From the NCBI RefSeq assembly GCF_001194135.2, contig NC_068983.1:132759728-132792172 (forward strand): DNA of 32,445 nt, given 5' to 3'. Below are positions 12,174 through 21,960 of the stretch, piece after piece (the first letter of the stretch is position 1; each line of letters begins with the position of its first letter). Below the pieces are notes generated by a model. That model made no database searches, was not told where the DNA came from, and saw only the letters and a program-made list of their open reading frames with translations. A program made the translations under genes and the position numbers. The DNA is from Octopus bimaculoides (lineage: Eukaryota).

Positions 12174-13805
12174 GATTTACCTGAGGTAAAAAAAAAAGCT
12201 AAAGCAAAATATCCTTGCCAAAGCACAAAGGATCCGCCGGTATGAGAAATGCCAACGTTTTTTTGAACATAACAAACAGTTCGACTCCAAACCCCAAAAT
12301 TCTGCCAAGTACTTGGCAAAAACAAGATAAACATTAATGCAACACCAACAGCAGAACAACAGGAAGAATGTTGGAATGAAATATAGTCGGTGAAGGAACA
12401 ACCTCAGAGAGGGTCTATTAAAACAACGAACTCAGCACCTGAACAACTCTGGACTCCTATAACGGCTGAAGAGGTCACCCAGGCACTGCAAAGACTAAGC
12501 AACTGGAAGGCACCCGGGCACCACGACAAGATCCCCAACTTCTGGTTAAAATATCTTACAGGAACACACAAAAAGCTGGCTGAAAACTTTAACGACATGC
12601 TACCAGAGCCAGAGACAATGCTTGAACGGCTCACGAAAGGGAAAACTATCCCAAATCCCAAATCCACTGAAACGGCAAACCCACAAGACTACAGACCAAT
12701 AACTTGTCTCCCTACAATTTACAAAGCCTTTATTGCAATAATATCGCAGAGATTGAGCAAGCATCTGGAAGAAAACAGCCTGTTTCCAGAAGAGCAGAAG
12801 GGATGCTGCAAGGGATCATAGGGCTGTAAAGAGCTGCAGAAAGAAGAAAGGCCTCAGTATGGCCTGGATCGACTACTGAAAGGCTTATGACATGAACAAG
12901 GTAGCCATGAACAAGGTAGCACCAATAATTATGAAATACACAAGACACTCTATGAATAAATGGTAGACAGTACTACAGCTCCAAACAAAGGAGGAACTCG
13001 TGAAAACCAAAGCTATCCCCATTAGAAGTGGAATATTCCAAGGAGACACGCTCTCTCAACTCCTTTTCTGCTTGTCACTGACACCTTTATCTGACATGCT
13101 AAACAGAACTGGATGTGGATACAAATGTTACGGCAAAACAATCAGCCATCTTTTATTCATGGATGACCTTAATCTGTACGCTACAAATGATAAACAGCTG
13201 GAAACATCATACAGACAGCACATTGATTTATCAAAGAAATAAATATGAAATGTGGCTTAGAAAAATGTGCCAAAGCAACCTTGAAAAGAGGAAAACTAAT
13301 TAAGAGTAGCAACATCACACTAGATAAAGCCAATGAAATAAGAGAATTAGACCAAAGACAGAATACAAACATTTAGGAATCAATGAACTAGATACGATAC
13401 AAAACACTCAAATGAAAGAGAAAATAAAGAATACTATAGACGAGTTAGAACAATACTGAAAACAGCTCAATGCTAAAAACAAGATAAGGGGTATCAACAC
13501 TCTAGTCGTCTCAGTTATTAGTTACAGCTACAATATCCTTAACTGGAGACTAAATGAACTAACCAAAATAGACAGGAAGACAAGAAAAATAATGACAGGA
13601 TTTAGGATACACCGCTCAAAATCTGACATAGAAAGGCTATATATACACCGTATAGAGGCCTTATACAGCTGGAAAACTATTATAAAATAACCACCATAGG
13701 ACTGCAAAAATACCTAGTTCAAAAGTAAGGAAAACTAATACAAATAACCACAAAATATGAGCAAAACAAAAAATTGTTTTCAGTATTTAAGGAAGGTGAC
13801 AAATA

Positions 13806-13807
<2 letters not shown>
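12172..13807 (+). mobile_element. Decayed R4/Dong-clade non-LTR retrotransposon (RT region), lacking the 3' endonuclease
   Basis: Motifs QRIRRYEK, NWKAPGHHDKIPNFWLKYL, DYRPITCLPTIYK, PEEQKGCCKGS*GCKE, AWIDY*KAYD, GIFQGDTLSQLLFCLSLTPLS and ISHLLFMDD (FMDD at 13156-13167). Multiple stops and frameshifts. The clade call rests on recalled R4/Dong motifs. Confidence 0.85.
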
Positions 13808-13848
<41 letters not shown>

Positions 13849-13900
13849 NNNNNNNNNNAATAATAATAATAATAATAATAATAACAACAACAACAACAAC
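13808..13900. repeat. (AAT)n(AAC)n array containing a 10-nt N gap (13849-13858)
   Basis: Direct reading. Confidence 0.96.
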
Positions 13901-13916
13901 ATCAGCAACAATAATA

Positions 13917-14301
13917 GGTAAACATAGCTGACGTAATCCATCACTACGGCCAACTCAATAAAAGAATGCGCAACTCGAAAGTAACTTTGGAATTTGGCAA
14001 TCGTATACAAAAGTTAAGAACTCATCTTTCTATATATTACATTTCTGCTGAGTTTATCAGTCCTCTCTATAAACTAAAAATGAATTAGACTGACATTTAT
14101 TTTATTTTGAACCAGACCAGATGAAGACACACGAGATGTCGAAATATTGTCATCGTTCAAAGGACCAATAAATAAGTTACTTTCGAGTTGCGCTTTCTGT
14201 TATTGAGTTGGCCGTAGTGATGGATTACGTCAGCTATGTTTACCTTAGTGATGGAATTTGGCAATCGTATACAAAAGTTAAGAACTCATCTTTCTATATA
14301 T
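13917..14301 (+). mobile_element. Penelope pLTR / retrozyme-like unit: 71-bp inverted leader plus 264-bp unit with a 50-bp terminal direct repeat
   Basis: 13917-13987 is the reverse complement of 14174-14244 (2 mismatches). 13988-14037 is identical to 14252-14301. A hammerhead fold and AATAAA (14167-14172) lie inside. Confidence 0.7.
14107..14160 (+). ncRNA. Minimal type I hammerhead ribozyme fold (core U4->A, probably inactive)
   Basis: Stem I TTGAAC-ca-GAC / GTC-atc-GTTCAA; core CAGATGA (14118-14124); extra A; stem II GACA(cacgaga)TGTC; GAAA (14141-14144); palindromic AATATT mini stem III; predicted AUU cleavage after 14148. Confidence 0.65.
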
Positions 14302-14303
14302 AA

Positions 14304-14317
14304 CAATAATAATAATG

Positions 14318-14388
<71 letters not shown>
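14304..14388. repeat. (AAT)n array
   Basis: Direct reading, one GAT interruption. Confidence 0.97.
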
Positions 14389-14390
<2 letters not shown>

Positions 14391-15030
14391 AGGTGCACTT
14401 AGAGAGCGCAAACCTCCGCCAACGTAACACAAACTTCCTCTCAACGATTAACCGGAGATGATTTTTAGAATGAGGTTATCTGAAATAAAATCGACTGCTC
14501 TCACAAACACGAATACTAAAAATGAACCCAATCGCTCTCATTACGGAAAAATAATCCAAATATATATATTGAGTGAGAAGTGAAGGGAGAGGAGATGAAA
14601 TACAAATACAGTGAAGAAGTTATGCGAGTAATAGCCATGAATCAGAGGGAGTGAGAGAAAGTAATGACAATGAGAAAGACGAAACGAAATAGCATAGAGA
14701 GCGTCGTATGAATGAGAAAGGAAGGTGTGATAGATGAATGACAAAGTAAGGAGTGAAAAAGCCGATAAACAGTGTATGTGTGTGCTTGTACAAGAGAACC
14801 ATGTGAAACTTTACATATACATGCAAAGTAAAGGAAATATATATAACCCTGAATCCGTGTCCGCTATCTGACCGATCTGAAAATCTAACGAAACCGTGCT
14901 AGTCACAGGGCCAAGCATCCCTGAAAGTTTCACCCGAGTACATTCAGCACTGTTTGAGATATCTTGTCCACGGACAAACAATCAAACACGACTGAAACAA
15001 TACATCCGCCTTCGCTTAGGCAGAGGTGAT
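14389..15030 (+). mobile_element. Non-autonomous HINE/DINE-1-like (Helentron-associated) element
   Basis: Subterminal CCTCCGCC at 14413-14420 is complementary to GGCAGAGG at 15019-15026. A terminal hairpin acatccgcc-ttcgctta-ggcagaggt spans 15002-15027, and a short (CAAA)-like repeat lies before it. The classification is by architecture and recall. Confidence 0.5.
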
Positions 15031-15344
15031 AAATAGATAAAGAGAAAGTGAATGTGAATGTTTGTGTGAAAGAGAAAGAGAAAGAGAAAGAGGGGATGTG
15101 TATGTGAAGGAGGAAATGTTGGTGGTGCGAGGTAAAGGATGAGACGTAAAGTGAACCTAGGTGGAATTTGTATATATAATCTTCCTATGTCTGTTTTGGG
15201 GCGGTGCATCCTAAATCCTGTCATTTTCTTGTTTTCCTGTCTATTTTGATTAGTTCATTCAGTGTGCAATAAAGGATATTGTTGCTGTAACTTATAACTG
15301 GGACGGCTAGAGTGTTCATACATATTATCTTGTTTTTCGCATTG

Positions 15345-15345
<1 letters not shown>

Positions 15346-15417
<72 letters not shown>

Positions 15418-15419
15418 GC

Positions 15420-15477
<58 letters not shown>

Positions 15478-15480
15478 GCT
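15346..15480. repeat. Compound (ATT)n-(GTT)n array; on the minus strand an (AAC)n(AAT)n tail
   Basis: Direct reading; lies just 3' (minus strand) of AATAAA at 15495->15490. Confidence 0.96.
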
Positions 15481-15746
15481 GTTATTTCATTTATTGAAAA
15501 CCACGGCCGACATACAAGGGACAATACAGTATACGTGGGCAGTGGGGATTTCACACAAAACAACGAGTACACCATTAAAACAATAACAATAATGTCAAAC
15601 AAGAATAATACAACAATGGAAGTTCCCCAATAGGGGGTAACCACCTGGAACTGACTCAGGTACCTCACCAATCCTGAACCACTCGACGCGGTGGATCGAT
15701 CTTCACTATGGACCCCGCCGATAGTCGGATCCGTCCTACACGTGAT
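15481..15746 (-). mobile_element. 3' UTR and polyA-signal end of an L1/Tx1-like LINE
   Basis: T-rich 3'-UTR-like sequence ending ...ccttgtatgtcggccgtggttttcAATAAA and followed by a simple-repeat tail. The family assignment is from recall only. Confidence 0.5.
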
Positions 15747-15892
15747 AACGGCTGTTCAACATACTGTTGAACAGCGGTTGTTGGTTGTTTTTATATGATT
15801 TAATCAAATACAACTCAATAAGATAGTGGAGCACTATACTGCATACTGTTGAAAAACGGCTGCATACTGTTGAACAACGGCTGTTCAACACC

Positions 15893-15985
15893 TTGGACTC
15901 CAAAAGTCCAAGGTGCCACGTAGTGTGACTGAACTCGGGATCATGTGGTTGGTAAGCAAGCTACTTATCACACAGCCAGTCCTGT
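15893..15985 (-). mobile_element. tRNA-derived SINE head, 3'-truncated
   Basis: Minus strand: ggactggctgtgtgataagtagcttgcttaccaaccacatgatcccgagttcagtcacactacgtggcaccttgg, with A-box-like TGGCTGTGTG and B-box-like GAGTTCAGTC. Similarity to the recalled family stops at gcaccttgg. Confidence 0.75.
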
Positions 15986-15989
15986 ATTT

Positions 15990-17168
15990 ATATTCTTGTT
16001 TATGTGTGCATTTATGTTTGGTGTGGTTGGAAAGCTTTCCTCGTTTCCCCCGAGTGTAGTATTTGTTTTGGTGGTTCGTTTGCTGTTGCTGGGTGGTTTT
16101 GTGGTCCTCGTCCAAGCGTAGGCAGCAAGGAGGCCTTTGACCCGTTGCAGTTTTTACCAGTTGGGGAAACAAACTCGCAAATGAATAGTTTCTCCACAAA
16201 CGAGACAATGCGGCCTTTTGCCCTCAGTCATTATGTGTATCACCGTTCTGTTCTAGAGACAGATGTTGTTCGCGATTTTTATAATGTTTTTGCGCCTGAT
16301 CTGGAGAAGTATCTCCATGTCAACCCCGGACCAGTTTTCCCTAGCAGTTCTTGTCATCTCTATCGGGACGGTATCCGTTCACTCCACAATTACGCATCCC
16401 AGAAGCCAGCACAAATCAACTCCTGGTGGGATTCTAGGAATGCATACACGTGCTGTAAGTTTCCCCATGTAGAAGGTGTACGTAATAACGTTGCTGGTTC
16501 TTCAATTGGTCATAGAATGTTTCAAAGCGAGGACTTCTGACTGAAAGAACATCGAAACGGTATGTACTCGGTGTCATCTCTGATGCACCTCAGTGCTGCT
16601 TCAATACCTACTTGGGTTATTAAAGCCGCTCTAATCGTCTTTGCTGAGATGCATCTGAAAAGTACCGTTCTTTTCTCTTCTGCTTCAATTGACTCTGACG
16701 GAATAGTTAGATTAGCCCAGCTTTCTTCTTTTTTAATAAGTTTCCATGCCTGGGTCAACATTTTATCTCTATTTTTGAAGTCCACGGTGAAACGATGCTT
16801 CTTTTTCGCTACTGCTGCCGTTGTTCTTGTTGTCGTGGTTCTTGTAGATGTTGTTGGTGGTTTGCTGCTGTTGTCACTTTTGCTATTGTTGTAGCTATTT
16901 TCGCCATCGCTATTGTCGCTGCTGTGGCTGTCTCTTGTGTGTTTATTGCTGCTACAACTACCACTACCGCCGCCGCTGCAGCTACTGTTGCTGCTGCTGC
17001 TGCTGTTGTTACTACGAGGTGGACGGTGTACAATTCTAGTATTGTTTTCCCTTCCCTTCCTCCTGTACAGTTGCCAGTAACGGAGGGAAGGGGAGGGAAA
17101 TCTTCAGCAGTCAAAAGATTCCTGGGGGTATTTTTCTTTATTCCCAACTCTTTCAAGATGTGCTTCAC
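15990..17168 (-). pseudogene. Decayed LINE ORF1 (gag-like) with CCHC-type zinc knuckle, L1/Tx1-like
   Basis: N-terminus LLTAEDFPPLPS, a low-complexity linker, a 193-codon open frame (17103->16525, ...KKKHRFTVDFKNRDK...EEKRTVLFR...), then after a frameshift ...EGKRPHCLVCGETIHLRVCFP (C-x2-C-x4-H-x3-C at 16207->16169). Contains stops and frameshifts. Confidence 0.65.
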
Positions 17169-17399
17169 TATCTTGTTGAGTTGTATTTCATTAAATCATA
17201 TAAAAACGCCCACTAAAATTATTTCATTGGCCGAATACAGCCTCTGGAGGGGATGAATAATCATAGAAGACCAGTAACACGTTCCTGGTGTTTCTATTGA
17301 CAACTTTGAATAAAATAAATAATGCAAAAAAGCACCAAACCGGTGTAAATAAATATTTCAAGCTTGAGTGTTTGAAAACACGTAGTATGTATTCCACAG

Positions 17400-17401
<2 letters not shown>

Positions 17402-17469
<68 letters not shown>

Positions 17470-17489
17470 AGATGATGATGATAATAATA
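17402..17489. repeat. (AAT)n array with GAT interruptions
   Basis: Direct reading. Confidence 0.96.
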
Positions 17490-17939
17490 ATCATTTCTAC
17501 TGCAAGCACAATATATGCATCTAGAGGGGCATATACTTCAGAAAAGTTTTAATATTCCATTGATATTTAAGATGCAAGTTCAATTACGATATAGTTGGTC
17601 GAAATATCAACATGCAGGAAGAAGAGGGGAACAATAAGATGGGAAAATTAAAAACCCTGAGTGACAATGCTGAAAATCATCTGAGATGAATAGAATGAAT
17701 GGACGGTATAAATCTCATTAACTGAAATTTTTTAAAAATAATATTAGTCTGACTAACTGAATCGCTAATTGGATAACAAAAGAGGATTGTTTGACTAGAA
17801 GAATATTAACGTATCATATATAATAGAAAACCCCGAACAGGACATTGAGTCTGGAACCAGGCAAGCTAACGAAATATTTACCATGCAGTTGTTTGACATG
17901 TTTGAAGTAGTTGACAAATATTCTTCGAAACACAATCTA

Positions 17940-17975
17940 CAATATTGGATTCAAAGTTTAGCACACAGCCAGCAC
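17940..17975 (-). mobile_element. SINE 3' tail fragment
   Basis: caatattggattcaaagtttagcacacagccagcac is a diverged reverse complement of the tails of the SINEs at 18750-18778 and 18983-19012. Confidence 0.45.
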
Positions 17976-18592
17976 AACCTACAATATTAAGAAACAGCAG
18001 AACATATCAGTTAAATGAACCTAAGATACATATAACACATTATATAGTTACGACTATAATACGTTCGCCCTAGACATTAACAATGACATACATATTTGTT
18101 GAGAGAATCGCTTGATCGTAAGAGGAAAGCACTGCCTCTTGAAGTAAATGAGTGTTTAGTTAAAAGCTAGATTTAAGTTTAGAGATTACTCTCCGAATAG
18201 AGGTAAAAAGTCTGTTGGCTGCACCAGTTGTTTGTTTCCACCAATTCTAGCTTTTACTCCCCTTCCCCTCTTGACGTGTATAACAATTAATCCTCTCTTA
18301 GGTTCAAATATACGATGCATCCACCTTTTTTCTTCTAAGTATTAAAAACGCGCACATACGTTAGAAGATTTCTGTTGCTATTTGACTTGCTAGAAACAGC
18401 AGCCAAATCTTTTTGAAATCAACCGATAAACATTCCAGAAACTTGACTTGGATTGTTAGTTCTTGAGAAGTCCTCCAACTAATCGCGAATGTCGTACAAT
18501 CTATAAACTGAACATGCAGGATATGAAACTTAATTTTTTTGAAATAACGGTTTTAGTTATTAATTATTAAGCAAAACTAAAAGATTAAATTT

Positions 18593-18778
18593 CGTCGAGA
18601 AACGTTCAGCAGCATTTCGTCTATCTTTTGTTTCTGTGTTCAAATTCTGCTGCGGTCGACTTTGTCTTTCATCCTTTAGGGATCGATAAAATAAGTACCA
18701 ATCGAGCACTGGGTTCGATGTAATCGTCTTGCCCTTCCCCGAAATTGATGGCCATGCGCCAAAATTTGAAATCAGTAT
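18593..18778 (+). mobile_element. tRNA-derived SINE, 5'-truncated
   Basis: B-box-like GTTCAAATTC (18638-18647), central gtcgactttgtctttcatcctttagggatcgataaaataagtacca, tail gccaaaatttgaaa. Homologous to the adjacent copy. Confidence 0.85.
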
Positions 18779-18797
18779 ATAAATATGTTTCATTAAC

Positions 18798-19012
18798 GTA
18801 GTGAGCTGGCAAAATCGGTAGCACACCGGGCAAAATATTTCGCAGCATTTCGTTTGTCTTGGTTCTGATTTCAAATTTCACCGAAATTGACTTTGCCTTT
18901 CATCCTTTAGCAGTCGATAAATTAAGTACCATTTTAGTAGCAAAATCGATGTAATCGACTTACCCCTTCCGCCAAGTTTGATGGACTTGTGCCAAAATTT
19001 GAAACCAGTATA
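18798..19012 (+). mobile_element. tRNA-derived SINE, near full length
   Basis: A-box-like TGGCAAAATCGG (18807-18818); same central motif and tail as the upstream copy. Confidence 0.88.
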
Positions 19013-19467
19013 TAAATAGGCTTCTGGAAACAAAATGCTTGACATGTGGTGAAAAGAATAACAAAAACAAAAATGAGTTTTCTCTATCAAAAGTTGTTTC
19101 CAGATTATTTATATTGACATTTTGTCACCCTTCTACTATCACTAAATTCTTATGTACACGAGCACTCACTTTCTTACATTCCCACTTTGACCGCACCTCT
19201 TGGAATAAAAATAGTAGTTAATTCACCTGTATGTAAATTAATGTTTCCTTGTATGTTATTTACATTAGCTTACATAAGCTACAGTATAAAACCAAAAAAA
19301 TTATCACAAATAAACCTTGAAAACAAAACGTTAGAACAACCGTATTTTTATGTGCAAAACACAAAGCGCACAGCTTTAATCAAGTCAACGTGAGAATTTT
19401 AATAGTATGTAAGCCCTTTTTTTCTTTGTTTAGAATTATAATGGTTCTAGGAGAAAAAAAAACTCGG

Positions 19468-19540
19468 GGCCATGATGGAGCAGCGCCTTTGGGTTTGTTG
19501 TCGATTATATCGATTAGGTTCTCAGCTGTTATTTATCTAA
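19468..19540 (-). mobile_element. Diverged SINE fragment
   Basis: ggccatgatggagcagcgcc...gtcgattatatcga resembles recalled cephalopod SINE sequence; the gtcgattatatcga part mirrors tcgatgtaatcgac in the 18.9-kb copy. Confidence 0.4.
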
Positions 19541-20425
19541 AAATAATATACTGAAATTGGGTAGGTGTATATTTAAAATGAAAACTTTAAAGGATCTTAA
19601 CCTATACTACATGACATTTTGTTGGACGTTTCACTAATTTTGCAATTCAATATTGATTGAGAAAAAAATTACGCATGTTCAAACTATTTATATTACACAT
19701 GCTGCAATGTATTTTGTTGCGATGTGTAATTATTTTCAAATTCATTGAAAAGCACTCTCCATTCAGTTTATGCAATCGTCAACAAAATTCTCATGACTAT
19801 GGCTATTTTTATTACATGATTTGCATGACTGTCAAACTAAACATTAAATATGATGTATTCACGAGCGATTGCCTAGGTCATGGCATCCGTACAATCATGG
19901 TTACTCGATTTACATTTACTCAGCTCTTATTATTCATTTTTACAACACACAAAACAATAGTTGCTGTAGCTGCGATATTTTTAATTCTTTTATGTGGTAA
20001 GAGATATTTTGATGCACAATGATTATCTCTTCGAAACGGCTTTTTGAGCAGAAATTTGATTACGTGTGCTTCAAGTACTAAAACCCTTTCACCTCAGCAA
20101 TATAAAACACATTCATCTTCACATTATGGCTTTAGATTCTGCTTACTCCGCTTTAATTAACTTCATGCTTTCTAAAAAGAGAAGGCAAATAGTAAGATGT
20201 TTTAATGAATATATTATCTTTAAATGGAAAGAGTTAGGTTATATTTATTGAAAAGTTTGTTTTTTATTAAATGCTGTTCATCTACTCAGCATTTATAGGT
20301 AGAGTGGACCTTAATAATGTTCAGTAGCGTGAATACTGCATGGTTTTATAAAGTTGACGCGGACTCGTATACCACAATTATATTCGGACTTATTAAAACC
20401 AGCTCCAACTGGAGAATGTCGCTAG

Positions 20426-20497
20426 TGTATGTATGTATGTATGTATGTTTGTATGTATCAATCAATCAATCTATCTATCTATCTATCTATCTATCTC
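20426..20497. repeat. Compound (GTAT)n(CAAT)n(CTAT)n tetranucleotide array
   Basis: Direct reading. Confidence 0.95.
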
Positions 20498-21960
20498 AAC
20501 TACTTAGAGATTTGCAAGGACTTCAAAATTCATTGCAATGCTGGAAACACGTCCATATCAATAGATGGTATCTCAGGGGTACAAGCGTTACACCCCTTAG
20601 CATGAACGCTTTTTCTGGGTTATGCATTGAGGATTGAACTAGCCTCCACCTGCGTAAGGGTTCCACTTACAGCTTCTTGTGAATCATAGCCGTATTGAGC
20701 TAGTTTCAGTTGCTTGCCTATTTACTTGTAGGCTTTCTCCTGTTGTTCCAATTCCAGATTTATCTTCTACACGAAATATCACCGTGAACCATCTGGAAAA
20801 CCGCGGAAGCCGACCTCAATGAGGAATGAGACTGTATGCAATCTCTTGTAACATGCCACGACTTCGAAACCCTGATGTTTCAGCTTCTTCATCAAATGAG
20901 AAATTCCAGATATGTCCTCCCGGGACACGATGGTTGTTTTTGTACTCCTACAAAGAAGAAACATGTCTGTCGGAGTGGAGTTACCAATATTCCCACTGGG
21001 ATGACAAGTCTGCCTGTCAGGTCCACTTGTGTCTTCAATATGGAAAACGGTCTTCAATATAGTATCGAATATAGAATGCAAAATAGAATGTAATATAGAA
21101 AACGGTTCGTGCTATTGCCTTAGCCTTTGACTCTTCGGAGCTTCCTTTATGAATTTAATGCCGTTTGTTGGTAATGACTGGTGCTTATTAGCCCGCTCTT
21201 CTTGCAGATCAGGGCACATATTAATTTCATCAAGTATCTTCTCATTCCTCCAGTTGTGTCACTCTTCGCCCAGGGTCCTAGGGCATTCGGTCACGATGCA
21301 ATTCAAGGTACAAAAAGTTACTTCACACGACTTCTTCGTCTGAAATTTTAAGTTATTTGAAGTTGACGAAATGTCAGCGACAGTATGAAGGAGGAAGGAC
21401 AATCTTCCCTGGACAGTCCTTCGGAATTCCTCCCAGGACTGTAAGCGCCCGAGTAACTTCTTCCACTTTATCCATTGACTCTGGCGAGTAAGTGTCTCTT
21501 TCATCCAGCGACCCTCCTACGTTGAATCACGGATCCTTTGCACTATCGAATCTCTAAGGGCTTTCACAGTCACCCACCCCTCTTCTGCTTTCGAAAAGTT
21601 GAGCGGAAGGGCACTGGGTAATATAGCTTGCCTCCTACAGCAGACAAGCAGTACAGATACCCCCAAAACTAAGCCTCTGGGTTCTGGAATGTTTTGTACT
21701 GCTCCAGTTGCTCTTTGAATTTCGATTTGATTTCATGAAACTTCGCACCATGTTCGCTCCTACATACTTCACAAAAGTCGTTGCATCTCCTTCTGGTTTA
21801 AACTTCTTGTTGAGTCCAAACTCGTATTTCAATAATTCCTACCCAAGTTGCTGTCTTCCTAGTAGATTATTTTCCCCAATCCTCGGTGTGCCTGTGGATA
21901 CTCTTTCTGAACCCTTTTAGTAGCGTGGATTGCTGGAGCAGTGCTTTGGAGTGCTAGCTC
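20498..21960 (-). mobile_element. Decayed HERO-like non-LTR retrotransposon 3' half (zinc-knuckle remnant plus PD-(D/E)xK restriction-like endonuclease)
   Basis: Minus translation gives ...DSIVQRIRDST*EGRW...QSQWIKW...GRLSFLLHTVADISSTSNNL (cf. RLSFLLRSVYDxLPSPxNL), SCEVTFCTLNCIVTEC, *HNWRNEKIL, TPTDMFLLCRSTKTTIV (cf. RPDIVLWSxSTKxIV) and IEVGFRGFP (cf. VEVGCRGF). It ends next to a (GATA)n tract. The 5' boundary is approximate. Confidence 0.8.

Noticed and set aside
16004-16894. Plus-strand ORFs of 178 aa and 110 aa
   Set aside because: They are antisense shadows of the minus-strand ORF1, which carries the recognisable zinc knuckle.
10955-17524. Poly-N, poly-I, poly-L and poly-Y ORFs
   Set aside because: These are translations of (AAT)n/(GTT)n arrays.
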